64,000 nt of DNA from Vicugna vicugna. Its lineage: Eukaryota. The notes under the pieces are model-generated. The model saw only the letters and a program-made list of their open reading frames with translations, did no database searches and had not been told where the DNA came from. The first letter of the stretch is position 1. The number at the start of each line of letters is the position of its first letter. The stretch is from the NCBI GenBank assembly GCA_013265495.1, contig MU058228.1:62001-126000 (forward strand), given 5' to 3'. A program made the position numbers and the translations under genes. This document shows positions 13,054 to 27,017 of the stretch, piece by piece.

Positions 13054-13519
13054 ACAAATTTGATCATTCTTGAGGCACAGATTTCTACTGCTGGACAGTT
13101 CTAATTGTTACAAAGTTTTCTTTAACCCGCATCAAATTCTGCGTCACTTTTCATTTTCTTTCTTTACTGATCCTAGTTCCATCTTAAACCAAAACTTCCT
13201 TTTTTCCGTAGTAGCCTTTCAATACCTGAAAACAATTTTCTTGCCTTTTAACTCTTTTCTTCACAGTTTTTTTCAACTGTTTCTTACGTAACAGAGATTT
13301 CCAAGTACCCCACTCACAAGATCACCTTTCTCTTGACAAACTATAAATAAATGGTCCTTTAAATAAGTGTTTCCAAACTTGAGGAAATCCTGTTATGTGC
13401 TTTCGAACCTGAACAAAGCCCAAAGGACTGTTTCTTCCTTAGATCAGACACTGCCCCAAACTTCTGAGGCTATTTCTCGCAGGCGGTCCCTAATCCCCTC
13501 GGGCGCATTCTTACCTATT

Positions 13520-14300
13520 AGCCTCGAGTTCGGGCCGCCAGTTGAGAGGCAGGGAAAAGAAGGCAGCCCTGTTCAGACTGACGGACGCCTCGGCTCAGGG
13601 AGTGGAGAGAAAAACTGCTCTAGAACTCGAAAGAGACCAACTTTCAACTCTTAAACCCCTGGAGGTGGAAAAGTCTTTCAAGGCACAGATGCCTCCGCCG
13701 TCTGGGGCTGGGCAGGGACAGAGAGCTCCTCCCACCGCCCTCTCAGGACCGGTCTGGGGAGTCCCCAGGGGACACAGATGCCTAACACACCCCTCCCTCT
13801 CCGCATCCTTTCGACGGAAACTCCCTCTTCCGCCCGCCACGAGAACCGGGGACCCGGAGGCTCACCGCGAGTCAGAGCCGTTCACTGCGCTGGAACACCT
13901 CGACGCTCACCGCGGCCGGCGCAGCCGGAAGTGCGTAATAGCCCCGCCCACGGAGAGCTGTAGGGTTGGGGTCCGCAGCGGCCCCTCTAGGAATCTGGGA
14001 GGTCTTCGGTCATCTCGGTGTCTCGGGTACCTGGGAGGTTGAGGCTCAGCAGCAACTAGGGTTAGGCGTCCCCGCAACGTGAACGGGCGGGGACCACGTC
14101 CCCTCTCCATTTTTTTTTAAACCAAGGAGGAGACGACCAGATGAAAGCTTGGGGGTTCTCGCAGCCCGCCCCCGACGCCCAGGGCCAAGGAGAGGCGTGA
14201 GCTCGGCGCAGCGACCTTGGTCCCCTTCGTGGACTTCAGAGGCCCGTTCATCTGTGACCCTCAGGTCGGTCACGTGATGAACCCGGTCCCCGTTTACAGA
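13520..14300. promoter_or_regulatory. CpG-island promoter of ZSCAN21
   Basis: CpG-rich. CCGGAAGTG (ETS/GABP type) at 13925-13933, GC box CCCCGCCC at ~13942, E-box GTCACGTGA at 14269-14277. Confidence 0.85.
13866..13934 (-). other. ZSCAN21: Probable non-coding exon 1 of ZSCAN21
   Basis: Lies in the CpG island. Donor CG|gtgagc at 13866/13865, second donor at 13911/13910. The 5' end is placed at the ETS motif by inference. Confidence 0.65.
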
Positions 14301-15725
14301 CATAGAGCCCCACGCTTATCCCACCAAGCCAGAGATTCAAGTAACATCCTCAGAACCAGGTCACAGCGGCATCAACCTGAAGTAGCTGTGACCTTGGGGG
14401 CTTTGCGGGTTCTAAACTTCCTGGACAGAAATGTCTGAGGCTGCCGTCTAAGTGCTCCTGATGCTGCAGGACTTTGTAGAAACATTCTCGGTGTTTTCGA
14501 TCTCAGCCCCACCCCTTCTGGCCCCCACTGAGTTTGCTTTTGCCTGGTCCCTCAAAAGGCACACGTGTTAAGGGACAGCAGCGTGCCTGCGCACGGAATT
14601 CCGTCTAAATGCATTATAGATTTGTAGACATGAGACAGCATTTTCCCCTATGTTTTCTAGGATCATTTAAATTAAAATTTTTTTTTTCAAAGACGTACAG
14701 AAGTATGTAAAGTAAAACAGGTTAACTTAGGTGGTCCATTGTCGTCTCGCATTAATATTACCATGACCAGATGACAAAACCACAAGAGAGCAAAGGAAAA
14801 GTTAGCCGACGTGACGGGGGGCTCACTGTAATGTGCATTTCCTCTTCAGAATGGTTTTGATTTCCAAGAACCTCCTACTCTTCCAATGAATTCATTCAAC
14901 AAACTTAAAGAAGCTACACTCTGTCAGGCACTGTGTGAAGGCATAAGAAGAAAATGAAAAATGAAAAATACACGTAGTTCTTGGCAAATATGTAAACAAA
15001 TAATTATGGACGTGGTCAATGGTAATAGAGAGGAGACCATTAAATGGTGACTGAGCGAACGTGTCATCTTGGGGATGCACAGCCTAACATCTAACATGCA
15101 AACATCCTTTCTGTGACAACCCTCTGCTTCTAACTGCTTCTGTGGCTGGGAGCTGACTACTTTAGAACAGTTCCCTCCTTTTGGAGGGTTCTGATTGCTA
15201 AAAGTCCCTTAAATTAAAGCAAAAACCTGCTTTCCTGTAATTTCAACTCACTGACTTGATTGTAGTCCTGATTACTTCTTTTCTCTCACAAAATGGCATG
15301 TAGTTGTTCTTGTCAGCCCTTGAAAATATTTGAAAACTCTCACGTATGATTGTCCCAAAGATCACCAACAAGGGGGTCCATGATCTTGTCTGAAAGTTGC
15401 TTCTGGGTCTTGGAGTGTAAAACGTAAAACGACCCTGAGAGTCCATGGCTCCTCATTTAAATAACATCCCTACTCTCCCGCTTTACTGTTTCTACATTAT
15501 TCAGTTCTCTTTTGTCTTGAAGGATTATTCAGTTTGAAAAAGAAAGGGACCCCCTCCCCTTTGTAGCAGAAATCCAAACGGGGAAAAGCTATCACTGGTT
15601 ACTGTAGGTCCTGGTTCCCTCCCTCTCCTTCCAGCTAGGTGTCACGGTTCTCTCCAAAATGGTTGCTTTCTGGATTTTCCTCTCTCAGTCTCGCCATCAC
15701 TTATTTTTGCTGCCATCCCTACGTT

Positions 15726-15741
15726 TGGCCAGCAGAGGGCA
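15726..15741 (+). promoter_or_regulatory. CTCF-like motif 1
   Basis: TGGCCAGCAGAGGGCA fits the CTCF core CCASYAGRKGGCR. Confidence 0.65.
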
Positions 15742-16120
15742 ATCAAACCTTGATTTCTCTGCGAATTTGCCAAGCTCCTCGCCTGTTACAGCTTCGAAAA
15801 CGTCCCTTTTCTTCTTCCCAGAGGGAGTCCACCTGTACAACATGTTGAGAAACTGCAAAGACATTCATTAGGGTAAACACAATGAAAGGAAGAGAATAAA
15901 GGTGATGTCGTTAGACAACCCCCATAGCTTAGAGCTGGAGCTCTCTTGCTAATGAGCCTTGGGGACTTTGGATATGGAACTTAATTGTCTGGAAAATGGG
16001 CATCATAATAACCTGCTCTGACAACGTTAAAGCATTTGGATCACATGAGATCATTCTGTTCACACTGGCTTTGTAACTACCTATAGCAAAAAGGACAGGG
16101 AGTTGTACAGTTGTCACAAC

Positions 16121-16137
16121 TGGCCAGCAGAGGGCAG
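16121..16137 (+). promoter_or_regulatory. CTCF-like motif 2
   Basis: TGGCCAGCAGAGGGCAG has the same 16-mer core as motif 1, with an upstream TACAGTTGTC at U-motif-like spacing. Confidence 0.7.
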
Positions 16138-16944
16138 TCAGGTGCCTTGAGGAAGGGGTGCTTTTTTTCCAATTTGCCCAAAGTCCTGGTAGCGGCTGGG
16201 CAGAGCTGGTTTCACTTACCTGCCTTACTCATGTGGTCTCTCTTTTTTATTATTCCTGACACCCAGCACATGGCCTGATAACATTTGTTGAAAGGGATTC
16301 AGGTCTATTTCTTGGAGTCATGCAGACCAGATTGAATCCCTCTTCTAGCATGACAGATCTTTAGATACTGGAGGGCAGAGACCAAGTTCTGATGAGTTTT
16401 CTCAACAAACGAAACCCTTTATTGCAGACATGAGGTGGTTTTGTCTTTACCATCCTGTAGTTGGTCTGTCTCTCTTTTAAAATGTGGAGTCCAGAACCAA
16501 ATACAGGACGCATGATGACAGATAACCCAGGCAGGGTACAGTCAGACTAGCACCTCCCAGGTTCAAGGATTTGCAGTGGTCATACTGAAGACATCTCAGA
16601 ATTGGAGGCAGTGGTGGTGACCACTGGCAAAGGGACTTGAGTAGTTTGGGAAGAGAAAGGCCTCTTAAACCTGTGTGGCAATTTCCATCATTCCAGAGGA
16701 AATACCGTTCCTCCTCAAGAGGATCTGGAATTGCAAAAGGTCGAGGACTTGGGCAGGGGAACGGACTGAGTAGTGATTGGGGCAATTTGGGAGAATCACA
16801 GAGGCCATGTGAAATTCTGTCCGTCACATGAGATTGTAATGGGGCCCCTATGTTCACAAAGACTTGATTTCAAGGTTGTATTTTTTGGAGACTCACGGGA
16901 TGGGGGACACTGCCAGGATGTTTCACTTACAAAAGGGTGATTTT

Positions 16945-17030
16945 GGGGGGAGGGTATAGCTCAGTGGTAGAGCATGTGCTAAGCATGCACAAGGTCCTGG
17001 GTTCAAGCCCCAGTACCTCCATTAAATAAC
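16945..17030 (+). mobile_element. tRNA-derived SINE (vic-1-like, short type)
   Basis: GGGGGAGGGTATAGCTCAGTGGTAGAGCATGTGCTAAGCATGCACAAGGTCCTGGGTTCAAGCCCCAGTACCTCC. Confidence 0.85.
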
Positions 17031-17199
17031 TAACTTCTGTTCTCTGGAATTATTTCCTAAAATAAACCATCTTCACACAAGCCCTCACCTCAAATTCTAT
17101 CTTGAGGAATCCAGGACAGGATGACAGTTGGACAGGAGAGGGTAAAGTGCCCCTGAACTAAGATTTGGCCATGAAGTTACTGTAGTAAAAATACACTGT

Positions 17200-20100
17200 T
17201 TTTTCACATGTGCACCTTTATTTACTTTAAAAAATGTTTATCCCACCACAGGCCTGGAAAGCAAGCAGAGCAGGGGGTTAGTATTCCTTAAGGATCCAGA
17301 AACTGAAGCACAGAGGAAAACAGAACACTCTGCACCCTCCCTCTGGTTTCTTAATAGGGTGAAAAAAACTTATATGAGACAAAGTGGGGAAGAAAACCCA
17401 AATGGAGTTTGTTTCTGTGAGTTATGAAATAACAAATGTTTTCCGGTTAGAGGTCAGAGTTTGAAGGTCTAAACTATCAGCTTTACATGCTGCTCCTGCC
17501 ATTAGGACGTCCAGCTTTCTAAGTTTCATAAATTGGTCAAAGGTTATTTTAATGGTTCTGTCTTATGAGAAAATTATGTTTTGGGGGGATCGTTAAAAAG
17601 CAACTTTTATTCCATGGCTTTTCATTCTGTTGCCGTCTTTCCAAAAAGCTTCCTAGAGCTCTCAGCTCTTGTGAAATTACTTAGAACGTGACATTTGGTG
17701 AGGATTGTTTTGGGTCACAGTTCTAGTTTTTGACTTTGAAATTATACTTTTCTCTTTACCCAAAACACGCGTTTTACACAACCAATGACAAAAAACAAAT
17801 GCCACAAACACTGCCACCTAGAGATGATTAATTTATTGTTTTACCATGACCCAGAAGAGAAACAACATAGAGAATATTTATTACAAATCCCCACAACTTC
17901 CTTCCCCAACCTCACTACTCTAATTTGTCAGACACCACTGGCCTCCTAAAATGGACCACTGACTATAAATGCATATAAATTTTATTTTGCTGCCATTTCT
18001 CATGATTGGAACTTTAGTCCTTGATCAAGTTTTCAAATTATTTTCAAAGGAGGAGTTTCCCAGCTTAAAAAAACAAACATTTTTCCTCTAAGATTTCATT
18101 ATTTATTGAAAGAAGCCTTTCTAGAAATGTTAATGAGGATTAAAAATAAACAAATTCAATTAAAAATCATTTATTGAACATCTACCAAGCATCTGGACTC
18201 TTTGAAGACTGGAGAAATGAAAAGGTCAGATTTTAACAGCAATAACTTAACTCTGCGGGGATACAAAGACAAGTAAGTTTCTTTTGGTCTAATTTATTCT
18301 AAACTAAGAAAACCAGGAACTGACAAGACAGGAAAGGTTTGTTTCAGCCAGTCTACAGATAAACAAGACGATGCCTGAGTTAGCACTATATATAGATTTA
18401 GGCTTATCATGTTGACCTGGTTGTAATAATCTATATTTAACTAAAAGTTAATAAAAATACGTTTGTTTTAAAATAACTGCTGCTTTTGCTTGCATATCCC
18501 ACCCTTTTCCCCCAACTGGTATCTTTTTAGACCAAATTTTCCTGTGTCATCACAACCCACTTCCTCCCACCCACCTCCTCACATATTCATGTTAGAACCT
18601 CTGCAGCCAGCAGAAGCATCTCTCAGTCTAATATGCTTTGTCCTTGCTTGGATGGACTAAAACCTTATTCACACTGTGAAGCTTCTAAAGTGGGGGGGAA
18701 GGCAGGTGAGCACTGCTCCGCCCATCACACCCAACAGCCTCTCTCCCCTCCTTCCTCAGGTTGCCTCATTACCCTGCCCAGTTGGGAGTCCCGGCCCTTC
18801 CCACTCTACCTCCCATCTCCTTGCTAACACACCTGACCTTGTCAGAAGACCAACTGATGGTGACATGGGGCGACTGCAGCTGCCCAGACCCCTCCCTGGA
18901 CCCGAGAAGCCTGAAACCCAAATCTGAAGCTGGAAAGAGATCCCAGTTTCAATACCACCTTTCAAACACTCACAGAACTTATTCTTTGCATCTAAAACCC
19001 CTCAGCCTGACTGCTGAATGAATGCCTGCTGAAGGGAGAAAATTTAACTTTAAGACCAATTAACTTTGCTAATTAGTGTAATGTGAGGTGAGTCATGATT
19101 CTTTAGTAAGTGTAGGTGAGAATCTCAAAGATTAAAAGGAAAAAAAAAGGTTAAAATAACAGTAGACCATTGTCCAGAAGTCAACCGAATGCCCCTTCTA
19201 TACCTTCCACTGTTTTAGGATAAGAGAAAAACATGAGGTTTGTGGTATCTGCTATTAAACAGAACCAGACACCGTGAAGCTAAGTTCTCGTGTTAAGACA
19301 TTCTGTATTATGAGATGTCCAAAGTATTTCCCAAACTTTTCTTTGACCTGCAGAATTGGAGATGGCTTACCTCCCCTAGAACTTCAAGTTTGCTTTACAA
19401 AGCTTTGAAAAGTAAAACAGATAATATCCTTCTTAGATATAATAAAAAATTAATTTGAATAGCAAAATAAGTAACTACTTTAAAATGTACAGTAGCATGT
19501 CCATTCTAAAAACGAAACCTAAATGTTAGGGAAACTTCTCAAATAATGCTTTTTATTATATTCTCCAGTAGTAGCTGAAATAAAAAATCTACTCTAACTT
19601 CTACGAAAAGATCTATTTATATCATTGAGTATCCTTTTCTCCACGTTTCACTTTGCAATCTGCACACCTTCACTGGGCTTCCCGCTGGGGAACCACAGCC
19701 CCCTCATCAATGTTTCTGAGAAGTTGCGCAGAGCGGGACACAGAAATACGGCCCCTCTGACAAGAATCGCTGTCCCTGCTTGACTCCTGTTTTAATACCG
19801 TTACTCCAATTTGCACAGTGAGTCTTCCAGGAGGATGGGAGGATGAACCTGGTCTTCAGGGGAGGACGTCAGGAGGACCAGACCCAGAGTAAAAGGTGAT
19901 CAACTCCAGGATGAAAAGTAAGAAACAGTTCTTTCACGGCTATGAATCTTCACAAGGCCTCCTTCCTAACAAGCAGAAACCAGGGCAAGTCTGTCGGGGG
20001 AAGGGAAGCTACACAGGAGACAGCCAGAGGGAACGCTGCAAAATGCTTCTAGAACCTTCCTGCCACGACAGGAACTGGACACATCTGTGCCTGTTTTCTC

Positions 20101-23100
20101 CGTCTTGGTGTCTTCCTGACTCTGATTTTCAAAGCAAGGATTTACGAGTTAGTGGGAGAGGCAGGCCTATGGTTAACAGCATCCAGTTAAGGTTCAGGGG
20201 TCCCACTGGTCTTCCTAAACACCCCCCACCTCAATGCAATGCGTAGACCTTCTCACTCCCCCCGACAAGCTCAGAGGACCCCTTCTCTTTGCCTGAAACG
20301 CTGATCTGGCAGCTAAGAGGTCAACCTCCTGGCTGTTAGGAGGGAAGTCCCAGGAAGCTGCAGATGTTTGGAGGAACTGCTCCATTTTAGTGCCTTGTGA
20401 ACCTGCCTCTCCTAAACAATCTGCTCATCTCTCTTGACTTGATAAGCTCCAAACTCTGAAGGTTTTTTGTTTTTGTTTTTGTTTTCTCTTTTCCCCCCTC
20501 CTCAGTTCTTGGAACTGACTTTTTTGTCTATAACCACAATCTTCTTCACTACTCACTCCCAGACATTGCTCTTCTGGAGTGATGTGTTCTGTCAAATAGA
20601 TTAAAATAAAATACATTATCTGTTTACAGGGGCTGTACAGAGTAACAACAGGGGCTGGAGGTACAAAACACAGACACTGACACTACGGTCATACAAAATA
20701 TATAGAAGTACCCGACATTTACAGTTCTTGTCAGAAGTCGTACATTTTGCTATTTCTTTAGCATTTCCCCACATTTTTTTTTCTTCCGTGGATCCTTTGG
20801 AGTTAAGATTGAGCTTCCTCTGCAGTGTTTCTGAAATTCATTACATGATTGGAACAGACTGACGGAATTCATTTTCTGTCCAAAGCAATGAGTGCTATAC
20901 AATAAAGTTTTCCTCGCACATAGTATTAGCAGTTTATTTACAGTGTAAGCTTTCTGATGCCAAGGGCTGAGATGCGATTCAAGGCTTTGCCACACTCATC
21001 ACATTCAAGAGATTCCTTCTCGGAATGAATTCTACGATGGGAGATGTGACTTGTCTCACAACAAACACGTCCACCTCTCTGTGCATACTTAGCACAGTTT
21101 CCCTTGTATGCCTTTAATAAAATCCTAAGTGCCTTACATATCAAGATGCCTCAAACCTCGACCGTCTCAGGCTTCAGCCCTGCCTGCCAGGATGAAGACG
21201 ACGCGACTCCCCCACAACCTGAAGGATTTCACGTCTCTTCCTGGCAAGATTAAGGTGTAGTTTTAAAAAACCTCCCACAAACTTCCACTGGGTCAGCCAG
21301 CATGCTAATGGTTAGCCAGAGAGCACTTCAACTGCTGACAGACTTCAGCCAGTCAGGAACTTCCGAATGACTATCCTGAGCGCTGATTAGATGCTATAAG
21401 CCTTTAGGACTATGGCCCAGTTGCACTCTGCACTGAGCAGTTGATAAATGAATGCACTGTGCATGGTTTTAATAAACAGCGGGAGCCTGTTTTCTTCAGA
21501 AAACACATCTTCAAATAGCTGCTTCAAGGAGTGTGTTGCCGAAGACCTGAAGCAACCCCGAGGGGCCATCCCACATGGTCAGTACGATGTCCCAGTAAAA
21601 CAGGAATTAAATGTGGGGGCACAGGTTTTCTTTAATTTCCATTGAAGAAAAAAAAGAGGGCTGAATGATGTCAGCGTGTAGCTGCGGCTCAAAAGGGCCG
21701 ATGTGGAACCAACCAACGCCCCTCGCCTGCTCAGCACGGTCGGCGCTCCGCTCAGGGTGAGGAGCCAGGAACCTCACGGCTGGCGGCTGCTTCCCGGCCA
21801 AGTCTTTCCTCAAGAGCACCGGCAGCTTTCTATGCTTCGCTCTCTGAAGCAGATTCCTGAAAGCATTTCTTCTACCTTCACGTTACTATAAAAAGCTACT
21901 TAGGTTTGCTCCTCTGGAGCATCTCTCCTGCTTTTCTCAGACTGGAGGGCACTCTGGCCACCAGCTGACTTCCGCCGGCAGCACCGACGCAATCGCCGAG
22001 AAGCTACAGGGGAGCTGTAGCTGGTCCGGGCTGCAAGGAGAGGCCAGAGGATGAGTGTCGTGCGGAAGTTCAGTTTGGCCTGGAGCCAAGGCCACAGCTG
22101 CCCCACCTCCTTGGGTCCTCGTGAAGCGACGCCGTCTCACAGGCGTGGGTTGCTGGTTAGCGAATAGCTGACAAATGAGTTTTAGTTCTTGACAGAAAAT
22201 CTCAAACTCTGCAGGGGATGGGGTGTCTCCCGTCATGGGCATGGTCTTCAGGTTGTGTTCTTAGACTCCAAGTCCCCGCAGGGCTGTCCAGGATCAGCCG
22301 CACACTCTAGTGAGCAGGTTCATCTCTGCCTAAGGCCCTGACGCCTTCTGACGGAGCCCACGCTGCTGTATGTGGACCTGAAAACGGCCTGTCACTAGCT
22401 TCCACCCAGAAGCCAATGCATCCTCCTGCACAGGTGATGGGAAAGGTCAACATTACATAACCTCGCCTCAGTCTTTAGTGAGGAGAAACAGAAAAGACAC
22501 CATGAGCGTGACTGTGATACAACCAAACACAGCTTCGCATGTTGGTGACTTTCTCAAAGCAACAAACACGTTTAGGTAATTGCCAGCTAATGATGTCAAT
22601 TTTTTAAATGTTTCTGGAAAGTGCAGGGAAAAAAATGCTCCCTACAAACGTTCCTCTTTCTGAAAGGCAACAGCAATCACACCTTCTGAGCCGTATTACT
22701 GAAAGTCACAGATGACGCAGAAAGTGCCCAAATCATGTTGCTTCCGCAGGGGGCTGAAGAGGTTCTGGTTAAGATCTTTGCCATAGACAGGTACCAAAAA
22801 ATGTCCTTAGTAAGTGTTCACATTTTTCTTCTTTAAGGTGATGACAATGAAGTCATTTCTGACAGTCCAGTGTTGACTCGCTGATCCATGTTTAGGTGCA
22901 GTCTGTGCAGGCAGCTAACCAGCGCCTCTCTTTTATGTTTAGGACGAGAACAGCATCGGACTCTCGAGCCTCAGCAGGCCTGGAGCCCTGAATGCCCCGA
23001 TTGCCAGCCGGGCCAGGCTGCCAGATTTCAGGTGCCCGTGACTCACAGGGCTTTACCGTGAGTGTACAAGTCCAGCTTGAAGTCAGGCAGGATGAGTGCT

Positions 23101-24007
23101 TCTGTGCTCAGCCCTGTGTCCAGGGCTGTCAGGGGTATGAACACATCCCCTGATGACAGAAGCGTCTCTTCTGGGGAGTGATGAAAACTTTCACACGCGG
23201 AACAATGAAGGGTTCAAAGACAGCACACAATCAAGTGCTAACTTGTGGAGAAATGCACCGAGGAGTGCGACAGTGCTTAGGGGCTCGGGGATTTCGTGAA
23301 GGCAGAGAAGTGTTCTGAGTCACTGCTGCCGTTTCACTAGAGCTGATCTCAGTGATGAGGACACACCCGTCTACGTTTGTGGCCGTCCTCTGGAACCGCA
23401 GACTGGCGCACATGCCTCTCTTTGAGGAAGAGACAGAAATCTTTGGTTTGACACTGATCAGCACGGTCCTAGATCCCGATAGCTTTGGTAGGCCCCCAGT
23501 GCCCGTGTACATACCTTACCGTATATGGAACTAGTTTGAGCAGCATGTCCCAATGTGGTTTTTGTGTGGACTGTCCCTCTTTTTTGAGAAATAAGGTTCA
23601 GCAAGATGTTGGCCAAGTAGGGCTTGTTTGCGGCAAATAGGTTTTTAACCTCGGTGTCATCTTCACAGAGCCGATCTTCACCTTTCAATCCCACGTGTGG
23701 CTGCGGAGAGTCCGAGAGCGCCTGAAAGGTATCCTCATTTCTGAAAAGCCTGACGTTGGCCTGTCTGTGTGCTTTTATCTGGTGTGGAAACAGCACGTGG
23801 GTTATCCATTTGGTCAGCTTGGAGCAATCACACACCCGCAGGCCAGACAAAGGCAGAACACTGCTGATGTCACTGGAAGGATCCTTAAGAGTGATTTTTT
23901 TGTCCTTTTAAATCTGTTGAGGCTGTTTTTTTCCCCTCCGTGGGCACACATCTCTGCAATACTTTTAGAAACAAAAGGGGGAAATGGCTTGTTGACAAAT
24001 TCTCGCA
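17200..24007 (-). other. ZKSCAN1: Putative long 3' UTR of ZKSCAN1; candidate distal AATAAA at 17217-17222
   Basis: Repeat-poor unique sequence running from the stop codon to a cluster of minus-strand AATAAA hexamers at 17.2-18.3 kb. ZKSCAN1 orthologues are known to have multi-kb 3' UTRs. The exact end cannot be fixed from sequence. Confidence 0.5.
20930..23190 (-). pseudogene. Fossil SCAN/C2H2 zinc-finger gene remnants
   Basis: SCAN-like RRFCHQ (23150-23167) and (E)LQA (22975-22990). C2H2-like EVCGRFFK (~21262-21286) and SHRRIHSEKESLECDECGKALNRISAL/HQK (~20940-21042). Stops and frameshifts throughout. Confidence 0.6.
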
Positions 24008-25057
<1,050 letters not shown>

Positions 25058-26374
25058 CTAACTGAGGGAGTGTGCAGAGGGCGGGAATGAGCAGACACCC
25101 TGGGGACTGAGCAGAGGGAACAGCATCCCGGAGGGAAGGGAGGGATGACGGACTACGGAACACAAGAGGCCGCAATTCACTATTCTGTAATTTGGTCACC
25201 CGATGATTAATTTGAAAGAATAAATACACATTAAAAAAATCATGTTCCAGTTCTAACATAAGTATTTATGAGTTAAAAAGAGAATGGATAGGTCTTTCCT
25301 AGAAAATGTTAAATGGTATTAGCAGAAAGGAAGGAATATAGTTAATAAAGAAAAATCGAACACTGCCAATTCTGTGAGACTTTAACTGACAAGGCGACAG
25401 TTAACCGGTAAGACAAGGAACGCTGGACCTGGCAGGTTACTGGCACCTGGAGACACAGGAAAGAGCGTCTCTCCACTAGGGAGAGCAGCGCAGAGCTGAC
25501 GGTGCTCAAGTGACAGGGATGAGGGCAAAGACGCTGGCTGGGGCATTAGTAATTGTAATTAAAACCTTCACTGATGGACAACTGAGAATTACTAAGAACA
25601 GAAAATAAACTGAAGACAATTTCGGGGACAGACCATGAAGGATTTTACAAATGCAGGGCTGATCCTCTGATTTTAGCAACCTGCATATTAAAACACCAGA
25701 ATATTTTTATTGTGGACTGCTGGATTCTGTGCACCATTTTGTTTTTCAGCAGAGACTGAAAACTGTTTAGTAAACATATTTTATATATGTTTACGTTTGT
25801 CTAGGAAAAAACCAACTATCCCAAATCTATTCTTGATTTACTTGGCCTTAAGATACCGTTCCAAGTGGGTGCGTTATCCCAAACAGGTCCCTGAAGGCAG
25901 CCACTGAAGGAGCTGAGTAACATCCAGCCCGACTTCAGTGATGGCATCGCCATAAACATTGACCCGATCACAAGGAAGAGGAAACTGGTCTCCTTCTTCT
26001 GAATTCCAAGCCTAAGTCCTTGATGATCTGGATAGTTCCCTGGCTGTTCCCAATGTTTTGTTTTGTTTTTAAGTTAGTACAGGGTGAGTACTACCTGGCT
26101 CATAAACACAGATGAAATTTTTGGCTTAATCTTCATCTGGTCCAAAAAACAAGTACTAGGAAACCAACCACAAACGCCAGTTATACCTATGGTTCAAAAC
26201 AAAACTCAGAGTTTCTGTAGTAACAACCTTTCCTCACAGTTTCCCTTCCTCCCCGGGCAGAAGTCTTAGGAAGTGGCCTTGCCCAGGACAGGACTTATTT
26301 AAGAGCTTTCTCCACTAGTCTCCTGGGGGCTGAGATCTTACGGAGACACGTGCACTGCTTGTCAGCTGTGTCAC

Positions 26375-26477
26375 CTTCTCTTGTCAGGCTGAGCCTCTTA
26401 GAATGTCACTGTTCATACTACACACTCAGGAACCAGAGCTTTTCAAAGATCACCATTAGGTTTGGAATCTGGGAAAC
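26375..26477 (-). pseudogene. Vestigial KRAB-B pseudo-exon in ZKSCAN1 intron 5
   Basis: Acceptor cctcccttctgctcag|GTTTCCCAGATTCCAAACCTAATGGTGATCT reads (G)FPDSKPN, cf. KRAB-B GFPVSKPDVI. EKLWFLS and DILRGS follow in shifted frames. In-frame TGA after 11 codons. Confidence 0.6.
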
Positions 26478-27017
26478 CTGAGCAGAAGGGAGGTACAGGC
26501 ACAAGTTCATGGAATCATACAGAGCTGTCTCGGAGCAGCGTTCCCAGGATGGAAGAAGACCGAAAGCCCACGGAAGGATGCTTGGTAGCTGCAGGAACAT
26601 GTCCCAGGGTAGGATTGGACCAATGATCCGTTCTCACCTGGCCCTCTATACTAGGAAATACAGACACCTCACCCCTTACAAAAGCACTCAAACTGCAATC
26701 CACAGGGAAGGAGCAGATCCTCACTGGTGACAGAGTGGTTGAAGAGGTGGAGATTCAGAACACAATAGTATTTCTGCTTTCAAACAGCAAAAACTACCTA
26801 GAGGTGAAAAAATCCACCTGAAACCAGCAGTCCCAGTACCAGGCTTTTGGGATTAAACACGAACAGATGTTCTCATTCTCTCTCTGGTCTGAAGAAAGGC
26901 GCTCAGTTGTCTCTAAAAGCTTGTGAACACCCAACCGAACACATCAGAGGCCCCACAACTAACCAAAACAAAAGGGCAACACAATCTCATCAGACAGCAA
27001 TCCTGCATCCGTCTTAC

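Noticed and set aside
16945..17022. tRNA-Ala-like sequences as true tRNA genes
   Set aside because: Seven dispersed, diverged copies with A-rich tails, some with TSDs. They are SINEs.
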